A DNA stretch of 64,000 bases from an uncultured Gemmatimonadaceae bacterium (lineage in GTDB: Bacteria > Gemmatimonadota > Gemmatimonadetes > Gemmatimonadales > Gemmatimonadaceae). The notes under the pieces are model-generated. The model was not told the origin of the DNA and did no database searches. It saw only the letters and a program-made list of their open reading frames with translations. A program made the position numbers and the translations under genes. The DNA is taken from NCBI GenBank assembly GCA_963843845.1, contig CAWJMB010000002.1, forward strand, positions 1,952,001 through 2,016,000, in the 5' to 3' direction. Below, piece by piece: positions 43,783 to 56,211 of this stretch. The stretch's first letter is position 1; the number at the start of each line of letters is the position of its first letter.

Positions 43783-44953
43783 CTCGTCTCGCCGTCGCGC
43801 CGCAGGGCGCGCGCGTAGATCTCCGCGTACCGTCGGGCCACGGACGCGGGCGAAAATCGCTCGATCACGTCGCGATGACCCGCGGCGCCGAGTCGCGCGG
43901 CGAGGTCGGCATGTGCGAGAACGCGATCGAGGGAGGCGGCGAGTGCCGCGACGTCGCCAGGGGGGGCGAGGAGCCCGCTCCGACCGTCGACCACGAGGTC
44001 CGTCAGCCCCCCGGATGCGAATGCGACGACCGGCGTTCCGCATGCCTGTGCCTCGGCGGCGACGAGACCGAGCCCCTCCCCGATCGACGGGACGACCAGC
44101 GCTGACGCGGCGCGGTAGTGGTCGACGAGCTGTGCCTGCGTCTGCGAGGGAAGCCAGACGATGCGCTCGAGCACACCGAGCTCGCCGGCGAGCGAACGCA
44201 ACGAGGCGGCGTCCGGCCCATCGCCGACGACGGTGAGCCGTGCGCTCGTTCGCTGCTGCGCGAGCGCGCGCAGCAGGTCCGCCAATCCCTTCTGTATGTT
44301 GAGGCGGCCGACGAAGAGCAGCCCATCGCGCGGTCGATCGATCCGGCGTGAACCGGGAGACGTCGATCGGCATCGGCGCCACGGCGACGGGCCCGAGTGC
44401 GACGAGCGCGCGCGCCTGCTCGAGCAGCCATCGCGAGACGAACGTGTACGCCGTCGCACGGGCCGCGACGCGCGCGAGCATCGGACGCGCGCCACGCGTC
44501 GGTCATCGCGAGGCGCACATCGGATCCGTGGCTCGTCACGACGAGTGGCACGGTGCCTAACGTCCCGGGCAGCGACGCCGAGACGCCCGAGGGAAACCAC
44601 CAGTGTGCGTGTACCGCGTCGGGCGTCCACTGCCTACGTTCGTGGCGGAGCGCGATCGCCGCCGCGACGAGCATGCCGCCGAGTGCCCCCCGTGCGCGCC
44701 ACGACGTCGAGACGTCCGCCGCCATGTTGCCGGTGTACGCGATCGTCTCGAACGGTCGCGGCGCATACCGGAATCTTCGCACGTCGACGCCGTCGATCGT
44801 GTCGCGCGCCGGGTAGCCGGGCGCCGATGGGGCGAGGACTCGTGCCTCTACCGCCGCGTGATCGCGCAGCGCCGTGGCGAGGCGTAGTAGGAACGAGCCG
44901 GAGACGTCGCCGGCGTAGCGCGGAAAGTTGTGCGTGAGGAAGAGAATGCGCAC
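43779..44953 (-). CDS. GT4-family glycosyltransferase, frameshifted
   Basis: MRILFLTHNFP, VHAHWWFPSG, TSHGSDV, LFVGRLNIQKG, VGDGP, EGLGLVAAEAQACGTPVV. Confidence 0.88.
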
Positions 44954-44983
44954 CGACGATGGGGTGCGAGACGCGTACGGTGC

Positions 44984-46020
44984 CTAACGTTCGTAGCGCT
45001 CGGCGACCACACGATCTGCGACCGCGGGCTCGGCGGCGTACCGCGACGCGTCGAGCTCGCGGCGCAGCTCGGCGAGCTCCGCGCGCTGGCCGGCGATCAT
45101 CTCGCCCAACACGCCGGTCGCGAGGAACACGATGCCGACGATGACCGAGGTCGTCACGACCGTCCACACGGCGCGGAGCCCCTCGCCCGTGGCGAACAGC
45201 CACGCGAGCGCCACGACCCCGGCGACGACGCCGATCAGGAGCAGCACGGCGCCGAGCATGCCGAACAGGAGCAGTGGCTTCCGACCGAAGCGGAGCTCGA
45301 ACCACACCGCGAGCATGTCGAGCACGCCGACGGGGATACGTCCGATGCCGAACTTCGAACGGCCCGCGTGGCGCGGGTAGAGCGGAACGGGAACCTCGCT
45401 GACCGAGTATCCCTGCGACGCGGCCAGCACGATCATGTAGCGATGCCAGTCCGGCCGGAGCGGCAAGCCCGCCATCACTTCACGGCGGTAGGCCTTCACG
45501 TTGTTCAGGTCGCGGACGGACACCTGGAAGAGTGACCGACTGAGCCGGTTGTACACGCGCGATACGAACGCCTTCTCGTACTTTCCCTGCTTGTAGCCGG
45601 TGACCATGTCGCTCTCCCCGCGGAGGATCGGCGCGACGAGCGCGGGATGTCTTCGGGCTTGAACTGCAGATCGGCGGGGTAGAACACGAGCACGTCCCCG
45701 CGTGCAGCGTTGTAGCCGGTGCGGAGGGCGTCTGCGATGCCGCGACGCGTGCGATGCCGCACCACACGCAGAAACGGGTACTGCTCGCTCAAGCGCCGCA
45801 GAACCGCCGGCGTCGCGTCGACGCTCCCGTCATCGACGACGACGACTTCGTAGCGCACGCCGAGGTCGGTGCGGAACGCGGCGTCGGCGAGCTCCATGAA
45901 CAGGGGCAGGTTCTCGGCTTCGTCCTTCGCCGGGACGAGGACGCTCACGTCGACCGGCGACGCGCTGCCGGACCAAGTGGGCACGCTCGCACCGACGACG
46001 TCACCGAGGGCCGCGCTCAT
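44984..46020 (-). CDS. GT2-family glycosyltransferase (ArnC/GtrB-like, two C-terminal TM helices), frameshift near 45640
   Basis: VSVLVPAKDEAENL, VVDDGSVDAT, ADLQ..PEDIP, KAYRREV, HRY, PRHAGRSKFG. Confidence 0.85.
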
Positions 46021-47493
46021 ACCCGCTTGCGCATCCGGGCGGAGAGTACGCCGAGCTGGTCGCGGTACTTCGCCACCGTACGCCGCGCGATGTGCACGCC
46101 GCTCTTCTTCAGGATGTTGACGATCGCCTGATCGGTGAGCGGATGCTTCGGGTCCTCGTTCTGCACGAGCTTCTGGATCTGATCCTTGATGCCGCGCGCC
46201 GAGACGTCCTCGCCGTCGGTCGTCGAGAGGCCGGACGAGAAGAAGAACTTGAGCGGGAGCACGCCGCGCGGCGTCTGCACGAACTTCTCGTTCGTCACGC
46301 GGCTCACCGTGCTCTCGTGCATGTTGATGACTTCCGCGACCTCGCGCAGCGTCAGCGGCTTGAGGAACTGCACGCCCTTCTCGAAGAAGTCGCGCTGCCG
46401 GTCGACGATGTAGTTCATGACCTTCAGCATCGTCTGCCGGCGCTGCTCGATCGCCTGAATCATCCAGTTCGCGGAGTTCAGCTTGTTCGAGATGAACTCC
46501 TTGTTCTCGCCCTCGAACTTCTTCTTGTCGCGCGCGATCTCCTGATACGCCTTCGACAGCTTGAGGCGCGGCAGGTTCGCGTCGTTCAGGAAGACGTGAT
46601 ACTGGCCGTCGATCTTCTCGACGATGAGGTCGGGGATGATGTAGTTGTCGCCCGCGGCGCTGTAGAGCAGCCCCGGCTTCGGGTCGAGCTTCGCGATCTC
46701 GTCGGCCGCCTTCTGCACGTCGCTCGGGCTGATGCCGAATCGCTTGGAGATCTCGCTCCAGCGGTGCGCGATCAGCTCGTCGAAGCAGTCGCGGACGAGG
46801 CGGTACGGCACGCTGTGCTCGAGTCCCGCATCCTTGAGCTGCAGCATGAGGCATTCGCGCAGGTCGCGCGCGCCGACGCCCGGCGGATCGAGCGCCTGCA
46901 CGGTCGCGGAGCATCTCGTCGCCTTCGTCCAGCGTGTAGTACGGCGCGTCGTCGACGTCGCGGCCGCGTCTCCTCCGCGGCGTGCCGGATCACGTCGTTG
47001 ATGCCGGCGAGGATGTCCTCGAGCGAGCAGTCGAGATAGCCGTCCTCGTTGATGTTGCCGAGGAACTCGTCGGCGAGCATGCAGCTGCCGCGGGTTGAGA
47101 TCGAGCAGCGTGATCTGGTCGCGCAGATGATCGCCGAGGTCGCGCTCGGCGACGGTGACGGGCTCGTAGTACTCCTTCTCCTCGTGCTCCTCGCGGCGGC
47201 CGCCCGCGTCGAAGCCGTCGAGCAGGATGTTCTCCCAGTCGATCTCGTTCTCGTCCTCCTTCGCTTCCTGTCTGCGTTCCTCTTCCGTCGGTCTCGGTCG
47301 ACTCGCCGCCGTCCTCCTCCTCGTCCTCCTCCGGCTCGACCAGGTCGAGGAAGGGATTGTTCAGCAGCTCCTGCTTGAGGTGCTGCTGGAGGTCGAGCAG
47401 CGGCATGTAGAGCAGATCCATCGCCTGGTACAGGCGCGGATTGATCTTGAGCTCCTGCTTGAGCTGCGTGCTCTGATTGAGACCTGCCTTCAT
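46017..47493 (-). CDS. rpoN: RNA polymerase sigma-54 factor, several frameshifts in 5' half
   Basis: Gln-rich region [31 protein letters not shown], RpoN box ARRTVAKYR. Confidence 0.95.
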
Positions 47494-48762
47494 CGCACCT
47501 GTTCCTGCTGTCGCTGTCGTCCGACGCGAATCGCTCGCGCAGCCGCGCCGTGAGGGTCGGGCCGAGGTAGATCTCGGCCACCGTGTCGTCGAACACGAGA
47601 TCGCGCACGGTGCCGCTGACCTTCACCTGGCCGTCGAACATAATGTACGCGCGATCGACGATGTCGAGCGTCTGCTCGACGTTGTGGTCGCTGATGAGGA
47701 CGCCGATGCCGCGGTGGCGCAGATCGGCGACGATGGTCTGGATGTCGTGCACGGCGATCGGGTCGACGCCGGCGAACGGCTCGTCGAGCATCATGAACTT
47801 CGGCCGCGTCACGAGCGCGCGGGTGATCTCGAGCCGGCGGCGCTCGCCGCCCGAGAGCTGATACGCCTTGCTGTCGCGCAGGTGCTTGATGCTTCAGCTC
47901 GTCGAGCAGCGTCTCGAGTCGCTCGTCGCGCTCCCGCCGCGAGATCGGCAGCGTCTCGAGGATCGCGAGGATGTTGTCCTCGACCGAGAGCTTCCGGAAG
48001 ATCGACGGCTCCTGCGACAGATAGCCGATCCCGCGCCGCGCGCGCTGGTACATCGGCATGCTCGGTGATGTCCTCGCCGTCGAGGAGGATGCGGCCCGCA
48101 TTCGGCGCGATGAGGCCGACGATCATGTAGAAGGTCGTCGTCTTCCCCGCGCCGTTCGGGCCCAGCAGGCCGACGATCTCGCCCTGCTGCAAGCGGAGGG
48201 CCACATCGTCGACGACGTGCCGGCGCCGGTAGATCTTCACGAGGCCGCGCGCCTCGAGCACGCTCCCGCCGTCGTGCGTGTCGGTCGCACGAGCCGGCGT
48301 CGACGCTCGCTCGTCCGGCTGCCGCGGAACGTGATGCTCGCCTGTCGCGAGCAGTCGCGCGGCGATCTTCGTGCGATGTTCTCGGATGCGCGCCCACACG
48401 CGGCCGTCGACGTCGACCCGCTCGACCGTGTGGTCGGCCTCGCGTGTGAGCGTGACGAGCCGCACGCCTTCGAGTCGCGGAAGTACGGAGGCGCGGAGAT
48501 GCTCGCGGACTTCGTCGAGGCTGAGGCGCCCGGACTCCTGGTCCGCATCGCCCCCGTCATGCCGAACGGCGGCGAGGTGGTCGTCGCGGTAGCGGCGCGC
48601 GACGTCGTCGAACGAGGCGCGTCCGACGTCGTCGGCGGACACGATCACCGAGTGAAGCGCGAGCGCGGCGGAGCGATCGCCGGCCGCGCCTAACGACGCG
48701 AGCAGCTCGCTCGCGATGTCGCCGTGCCCGTCGCGGCGGTCGGTCGGATCGACGTCGATCAT
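47490..48762 (-). CDS. lptB: LPS export ABC ATPase LptB with ~167-aa N-terminal extension, frameshifted
   Basis: [60 protein letters not shown]; located between lptA-like gene and rpoN. Confidence 0.92.
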
Positions 48763-50477
48763 CGCCCGCCTCGCGCGGCAGAGCGGTCGATCGAGCGCGA
48801 GCGGTCGCGAAGCGTGACGCCGACGAGCGAGCGGTCGTGCACAGTGTCTTGCGTCGGACGTCGCGCCGGCGTCGGCTGGCGCGCCGGCTGGAGCCCGCGC
48901 GTGCGCGTCCCCGTCGTGTCGGCGGTCGAGTCCACAGCTTCGAGGTAGAGTCCGCGTGCGGAATCGACGACGGTCACGGTCTGGAGCTGGCCGCTGTCGA
49001 ACACGGCCGTGATGAGGCGACCCTGCACGTAGTTGAAGCCCTGCGGCGCCTCACGCCCGCGGGTGGACGCGATCTGGAAGAGCGAGCTCGCGTTGCCGCT
49101 CGCGACGATCTGACGGAGCGGCGGGTTCTTCGTCGTGTCCTGCGTCGCGAGCAGCGTGTCGAAGCGCGCGACGATGGTGTCGCCGGCGAGGCGGTCGCGC
49201 TCCTTCGAGACGATTTTCGTCGAGTCGGGGAGCGAGCGAACGACGGCGCGGCGGACGGCGTGCAGCTCGCGAATGCGCTGGTTCGGCAACTGCGCGTCGA
49301 TCGAGTCGGCGACGACGTCCCGATCGGGGGAGACGGCGATCGCGCGCGACGGCCCCCACGCGAAGGCGCGTTCGATGCGACTGTCGCGCACGCGCAGGTC
49401 GATCGTGTCCGACTTGAGATCGAGATCGTCGCTGACGACGCGTGACGCCCCCTGCGACCGGACGCGCGTCAGCTCCCGGTCGCGCGAGTACAGGTCGATG
49501 CGCGTGCCGCTCAACGTGAACGGCCGCCCGCGCTGTCCGATGATCTCGGCGTTGTCGATGAGGCGCGCGAGCTCGGCGCCCTGGTCGAACGTGGCGGAGT
49601 CGGACCGCGATCGGACGTCGCTGCGAACGACTTCGACCTGACCCGACGCGAAGATCAGACTGTCCCCCTCGTCGACGATCGTGTTCGCGATGATCGTCGC
49701 CGTGTCGCGCGCCGCGGAGTCGCGCGTCGCCCCGCGCGCGGTACGTGCGACGTTCGTGCTGCCGGTGTCCTTCGCGGCCGTCGTGACGACGCGGAGCGTC
49801 GGTCGGCCGATCGCCGTCAGGCGCGCGCGGTCGCGGATTGCCGGTGCGTCGCGCAGATACTCGACGTTGGGTCCGGTCATCGTGGTGCCGGTCGGCATCG
49901 TCACGACGACGTTGCCTTCGGCGAGGATACGCTCGTCGCTCGTGAAGTACGTCAACCGGTTCGACGTCAGGCGCGCGCGGCGTGGCTCGTCGTACTTCAC
50001 GTTGCCGAGCAGGATCAACTGACGATTCGTGCCGTAGTACTCGGCGCTGTCCGACTGAAGTCGGTTGCGAACTCCCGAGCAGTTCGCGATGACGCCGCCG
50101 CCGATGTACGTGATCGGCTGGCCCGCCGCGTCGGTGTAGCTCGTCGCGTGCGTCGTGGGGGTGGGCGTGAACGTCACGTCGCCGCATCGCGACGTCGGGT
50201 CGTTCGCGTTCCGGCGACGCGCGCGCGGTGCCGGTCGCGCGCTGTCGTTCGCCGCGGCGCGGGCCGTGTCGCGGGCGATCGAGTCGTCGGGCACGGCGAC
50301 CGGCGGCGTGCGCGGCGTGGCCGTGTCGCCCGGAGGAGCCGCAACCCGAGCGCTATCGATCGTTGGCCGCGGTCGCGACGGACCACGCGCCGCACGCGAG
50401 CACGCGCCGAAGGCGAATGCCGCGACGAGCGTGAGGCACGCGCCGGCGGCGCGAGTCTTCGCACGAGAGTGGGTCAT
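48759..50477 (-). CDS. Large OstA/LptA-like beta-jellyroll protein
   Basis: Repeated beta-rich units ([49 protein letters not shown]); position between lptC and lptB. Confidence 0.75.
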   Translation of the reverse strand: MTHSRAKTRAAGACLTLVAAFAFGACSRAARGPSRPRPTIDSARVAAPPGDTATPRTPPVAVPDDSIARDTARAAANDSARPAPRARRRNANDPTSRCGDVTFTPTPTTHATSYTDAAGQPITYIGGGVIANCSGVRNRLQSDSAEYYGTNRQLILLGNVKYDEPRRARLTSNRLTYFTSDERILAEGNVVVTMPTGTTMTGPNVEYLRDAPAIRDRARLTAIGRPTLRVVTTAAKDTGSTNVARTARGATRDSAARDTATIIANTIVDEGDSLIFASGQVEVVRSDVRSRSDSATFDQGAELARLIDNAEIIGQRGRPFTLSGTRIDLYSRDRELTRVRSQGASRVVSDDLDLKSDTIDLRVRDSRIERAFAWGPSRAIAVSPDRDVVADSIDAQLPNQRIRELHAVRRAVVRSLPDSTKIVSKERDRLAGDTIVARFDTLLATQDTTKNPPLRQIVASGNASSLFQIASTRGREAPQGFNYVQGRLITAVFDSGQLQTVTVVDSARGLYLEAVDSTADTTGTRTRGLQPARQPTPARRPTQDTVHDRSLVGVTLRDRSRSIDRSAARGGR

Positions 50478-51067
50478 CGACGCTCTGCCCGGGCCGGCGT
50501 CGTCACCGGGCGGACGACACCGCCGGCGCCCTTGAGCACCGTCACGTTCCGCAGCTGCGGATCGGATCGGAATCCGATTCCCGAGAGCGTACCGCGCGGC
50601 TGCGTGAACACGAAGCTCGTGTCGCTCGAGATCTGATTGGCGCCGCGATCGTACGTGACGTGCGGCGACGTCAGCTTGCGCCCGTCGACACTCGTCACGA
50701 CGACATCGCCGCGCGCGTCGAGCACCTGCGTCCGCTGATCGAGCGCGCCGCGCTGCGCGACCATCGTGCCGTTCTTCGCACCGTCGCGCGTGTAGAACAC
50801 CGTGTTCACGCGGCGGAGGTCGATTCGATTGCCCTGCTCGTAGAACAGCGCGGTGTCGGCATCCAGGTCCGCACGACGAATCCCCCCCGCCGTGAGCGCG
50901 TGCCGCATGCCGAACATGATCTGGTCGGCCGAGTCGGGCAGCTCGCTACGGCGTGCGGTGGGCGGGGCCGCCGCGTCGCGACACGCGCCGAAGCCGATCG
51001 CGGTCGCGGCGGCGATCGCGGCGATCGTCGCGCGCCGCGACGCCCGTCGCATCGGCGCCGGCTTCAT
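50474..51067 (-). CDS. lptC: LPS export protein LptC
   Basis: ADLDADTA, ARGDVVV, KLTSPHVTYD, ISSDTSF, LSGIGF; canonical position after kdsC/kdsD. Confidence 0.85.
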   Translation of the reverse strand: MKPAPMRRASRRATIAAIAAATAIGFGACRDAAAPPTARRSELPDSADQIMFGMRHALTAGGIRRADLDADTALFYEQGNRIDLRRVNTVFYTRDGAKNGTMVAQRGALDQRTQVLDARGDVVVTSVDGRKLTSPHVTYDRGANQISSDTSFVFTQPRGTLSGIGFRSDPQLRNVTVLKGAGGVVRPVTTPARAERR

Positions 51068-52086
51068 ACCGCCAACGCTCGCATGAGATCGTGCAGGTGC
51101 ACGACGCCGACGATGCGATCCGCGTCGTCGACGACGGGCATCGCGACGATCCCGATCTGTTCCATGCGGAAGACGACCGAACTCGCCAGCTCGTCGTCGC
51201 GCGCGGACTTCGCGCTGCGGTTCATCAGATCACCGACCCGACGCTCCAGGAACCGATCGTCGCGGTTCACCTGCCGCGTGAAGTCGCCGGTCGTGAATAC
51301 GCCTGCGACGCGACGATCCTCGTCGACCACGACCGCGATGCCACGGCGTCTCGCGAGCGTCACTACGACCGTGCGAAGCGAATCGGCAGGTCTCACCGTC
51401 GGCAGGTCGTCGGTCAGCATGACGTCGCATACCCGGGTCAGCAGCTTTCGGCCGAGGGCGCCGCCAGGGTGCAACCGCGCGAAGTCTTCGCTCCGAAAGC
51501 CTTTCGCCTCGAGCAGGGCGACGGCGAGCGCGTCGCCGAGCGCGAGTGCGGCCGTCGTGCTCGTCGTCGGTGCCAGATCGTGCGGACACGCCTCGGCGTC
51601 GACCGACGCGTCCAGCGCCACGTCCACGTGGCGTCCCAGCGTCGAGTCGATACAGCCGGTGATCGCGATCGTCCGCACGCCGGTCCGCTCGAAGTGCTCG
51701 AGCAGCGGCAGCAGCTCGACCGTCTCGCCGCTTTTCGAGAGCAGGATCGCTACGTCATCGGCGCCGACGATCCCCAAGTCGCCATGCAGACTCTCGACCG
51801 GATGCAGGAACGTCGCCGGCGTCCCGGTCGACGTGAGCGTCGCCGCGATCTTGCGCGCGATGAGCCCGGACTTGCCGACGCCGCAGACGATCACCCGTCC
51901 CGGCGAGGCCCGCACGATCTCCACGGCCCGCGCGAACGACGCATCGAGTCCGCGCTCGACGCGGTCCAGCGCGTCACGCTCCATGCGCAGTACCCGCCGG
52001 CCAGTGGCCAGCGCACGCGCGCTCTCGGGGCTCGCCGCCGTGACCTCCACGTCCGCCCGGTGCGGAACGACCGCGGCCTCTTTCAC
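51064..52086 (-). CDS. kdsD: Arabinose-5-phosphate isomerase (KpsF/GutQ)
   Basis: GVGKSGLIARKIAAT, HGDLG, SKSGET, EACPHDLAPTTST, HPGGALG, CBS pair. Confidence 0.93.
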   Translation of the reverse strand: MKEAAVVPHRADVEVTAASPESARALATGRRVLRMERDALDRVERGLDASFARAVEIVRASPGRVIVCGVGKSGLIARKIAATLTSTGTPATFLHPVESLHGDLGIVGADDVAILLSKSGETVELLPLLEHFERTGVRTIAITGCIDSTLGRHVDVALDASVDAEACPHDLAPTTSTTAALALGDALAVALLEAKGFRSEDFARLHPGGALGRKLLTRVCDVMLTDDLPTVRPADSLRTVVVTLARRRGIAVVVDEDRRVAGVFTTGDFTRQVNRDDRFLERRVGDLMNRSAKSARDDELASSVVFRMEQIGIVAMPVVDDADRIVGVVHLHDLMRALAV

Positions 52087-52721
52087 GGAACCACGCCGCT
52101 CGGCTCCTCGTCGCCCGACCGACTCGCGACGTATCGTTCGACGACGTCGTCCCACTCCCCCCGTGCGCGCAGCAGGAGCTCGGCGAACTCCCGCACCGCG
52201 CCTCCGCCGCCCGGGCGGCTCAACGTGCAGGTGTACGCCGTGCGCCACGCGTCGTCGGTCGCGTTCGCGACGACGACCGGCAGTCCGACCGCGCGCAGCA
52301 CCGCCACGTCTGGAAGATCGTCGCCGACGAACGCCATCTCGTCGAATCCGATGCCGCGCTCCCGCGCGATTCGCCGCACGGCGCGCAGCTTCATCGCGCG
52401 GTCATCCTGCACGACGTCGTCGGCCCCCAACTCGGCCGCGCGGAGCCGCACGCTCTCGGACACGCGCCCCGTCACGACGCCGATGCGAATGCCGGCCATT
52501 CGCAGCAGTAGCACCCCGAGCCCGTCCTGAATGTCGTAGCGCTTGAACTCGAGCCGCTGGCCGGCCACGTCTCCCAGGTACACGCCGCCGTCGGTGAGGA
52601 CGCCGTCGACGTCGAAGCCCACCCAGCGGATGCGCCGAGCGATGTCCGGATCGACGCGCGGTGCCGCCGCCCTCGGCGCATTCGCCGCGCCGCTGATCGC
52701 CATGAGTGCTGCGAACGTCAC
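52083..52721 (-). CDS. kdsC: KDO-8-phosphate phosphatase
   Basis: FDVDGVLTDGG, DGLG, VTGR, FVGDDLPD, GGGGAVREFAE. Confidence 0.92.
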   Translation of the reverse strand: MTFAALMAISGAANAPRAAAPRVDPDIARRIRWVGFDVDGVLTDGGVYLGDVAGQRLEFKRYDIQDGLGVLLLRMAGIRIGVVTGRVSESVRLRAAELGADDVVQDDRAMKLRAVRRIARERGIGFDEMAFVGDDLPDVAVLRAVGLPVVVANATDDAWRTAYTCTLSRPGGGGAVREFAELLLRARGEWDDVVERYVASRSGDEEPSGVVP

Positions 52722-53560
52722 GCGCGCGCCGCGCTCCAGACTCGTACGGCGCGCGTCACCAGCGCCGCCAGCTCTCCGAGGGGGATCATGTTCGGCCCGT
52801 CGCTCGGCGCGTCGTCGGGGTCGGGGTGCGTCTCGAGGAACAGGCCGTCGACGCCTGCCGCCGCGGCTGCGAGTGTGAGCGTCGGAATGTGTTCGCGCGC
52901 GCCCCCGCTCGCCCCGTTCTCGCCTCGCCCCGGCTGCTGCACGCTGTGGGTTCCGTCGAAGATCACCGGCGCGGCCACCGCGGTACGCATCCGTTCGATG
53001 CTGCGGAAGTCGACGACCAAGTCGCCATAGCCGAAGAACGTGCCGCGTTCCGTGACGGCGACCATCTCGCCCTTCGGCAGGCCGAAGCGGTCGCACCCAC
53101 GTGCGGCTCGCCGCACCTTCTCCACCGCCCCGCGCATCCCCTCGGGATGCATCCACTGCCCCTTCTTGACGTTCACCGGTCGCCCCGTCGCGCCTGCGGC
53201 CTCGAGGAGGTCCGTCTGCCGGCAGAGGAACGCCGGAATCTGCAACACGTCCACGACTTCCGCGGCGGGTGCACACTGTTCCGGCAGGTGCACGTCCGTG
53301 AGGATCGGAAGACCCGTCTCGCGTTTCACGCGCGCGAGCGCCTCGAGTCCGGAGTCGAGGCCGAGCCCGCGCATGGCGCCGGGGTTGGACCGGTTCGCCT
53401 TGTCGAAGCTCGCCTTGAAGATCACCCCGCCCGGCAGGTGCTCGGCGAGGCGCGAGAGCTCGGCGGCGACGCGAAGGTTCAGGTCGTCGTGCTCGAGCTG
53501 GCACGGGCCAGCGATCAGGAACAGCTCGCCGCGGCGAAACGGACTTTCGCAGAAGTTCAT
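52718..53560 (-). CDS. kdsA: KDO-8-phosphate synthase
   Basis: LIAGPC, FKASFDKANRS, QIPAFLCRQTDLL, NVKKGQ, TERG, FDGTHSVQ, SDGPN. Confidence 0.95.
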   Translation of the reverse strand: MNFCESPFRRGELFLIAGPCQLEHDDLNLRVAAELSRLAEHLPGGVIFKASFDKANRSNPGAMRGLGLDSGLEALARVKRETGLPILTDVHLPEQCAPAAEVVDVLQIPAFLCRQTDLLEAAGATGRPVNVKKGQWMHPEGMRGAVEKVRRAARGCDRFGLPKGEMVAVTERGTFFGYGDLVVDFRSIERMRTAVAAPVIFDGTHSVQQPGRGENGASGGAREHIPTLTLAAAAAGVDGLFLETHPDPDDAPSDGPNMIPLGELAALVTRAVRVWSAARA

Positions 53561-53591
53561 AGCGATCCTCAGGCACGCATCGAGAAAGCGT

Positions 53592-55310
<1,719 letters not shown>

Positions 55311-56132
55311 TTAGTCGGGAGACGGTTCGGCGCGCGAGGTACGCCGGGCTGGCGCGGGGGGCTCGGTGCGGTGCGCGTACCAGGCGGGCCACGCGGCCTC
55401 GGCGCGTGCGAGATCGGCTTCGGTGTCGATGCCTGGCAGCGGGAGCTCATCGATCGTCGCGACGCCCATCGGTATGCCGTGCGCCAGGGGCCGCAGCTGC
55501 TCGAGTCGTTCGACGCGCTCGAGCGGGTGCGGCGGCAGCGCCACCCACGCCGCGAGCGCGTCCCGCGTGTAGGCATAGATGCCGACGTGGCGTCGGACCG
55601 CCGCATCGCGCAGCGCGCGCTCGGTGTCGTCCGCGGGCTCGCGGAGGGACGGGATGGCGGCGCGGGAGAAGTACATCGCCCGACCGTCGTTCGCGACGAC
55701 GACTTTCACGGCATCGGGTTCGGCGAGAATGTGAGGAGCGGCCGGCACGGCGACCGTGCCGAGCGCGAACGCGCCGCTCGTGACGAGGGTAGTTGCGGCG
55801 GTAATCGCCTCGCCACTGGCAAACGGCTCGTCGCCCTGGATATTTACCACGCAGTCGTAGCCGCGTCCGGCCGGCGAGGCGACGACTTCCGCGACGCGGT
55901 CGGTGCCGGACGGATGATCAGCGCGGGTGAGCACGGCGTCGCCTCCGGCGGCCCGGACGACCTCGCAGATCTCGGGCGCGTCGGTTGCAACGATGCAGTG
56001 ATCGCCGAGCCCGAGCTCGATCGCGCGCTGCCACACACGGACGACGAGCGGGCGCCCGCCGAGGAGGCGAAGCGGTTTGCGCGGAAGGCGCGAGGCGCCG
56101 AGGCGCGCCGGGATCACCGCAAGCAATCGCAT
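55311..56132 (-). CDS. kdsB: CMP-KDO synthetase
   Basis: IPARLGASRLPRKPL, HPSGTDR, VNIQGDEP, YFSR, HVGIYAY, LEQLR. Confidence 0.95.
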   Translation of the reverse strand: MRLLAVIPARLGASRLPRKPLRLLGGRPLVVRVWQRAIELGLGDHCIVATDAPEICEVVRAAGGDAVLTRADHPSGTDRVAEVVASPAGRGYDCVVNIQGDEPFASGEAITAATTLVTSGAFALGTVAVPAAPHILAEPDAVKVVVANDGRAMYFSRAAIPSLREPADDTERALRDAAVRRHVGIYAYTRDALAAWVALPPHPLERVERLEQLRPLAHGIPMGVATIDELPLPGIDTEADLARAEAAWPAWYAHRTEPPAPARRTSRAEPSPD

Positions 56133-56211
56133 CCGGGATCGGCCGGGGCGGACGCAAGATTCACGCCATATAACGTAGCTCGCCCGCCGCCTGAATGCAA
56201 ACGACGTCTCG

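Noticed and set aside
42844..44481. Apparent GT4-flippase fusion (545 aa)
   Set aside because: Produced by frameshifts in the GT4 gene; the flippase-like gene has an ATG at 43782 overlapping the GT4 stop.
46772..47812. Apparent LptB read-through into rpoN
   Set aside because: Indel-rich patch; a TGA at 47490 overlaps the rpoN ATG in the usual coupled arrangement.
56133..56211. yybP-ykoY manganese riboswitch upstream of terC/alx
   Set aside because: Only 79 nt shared with the divergent kdsB gene, and no recognisable aptamer structure.
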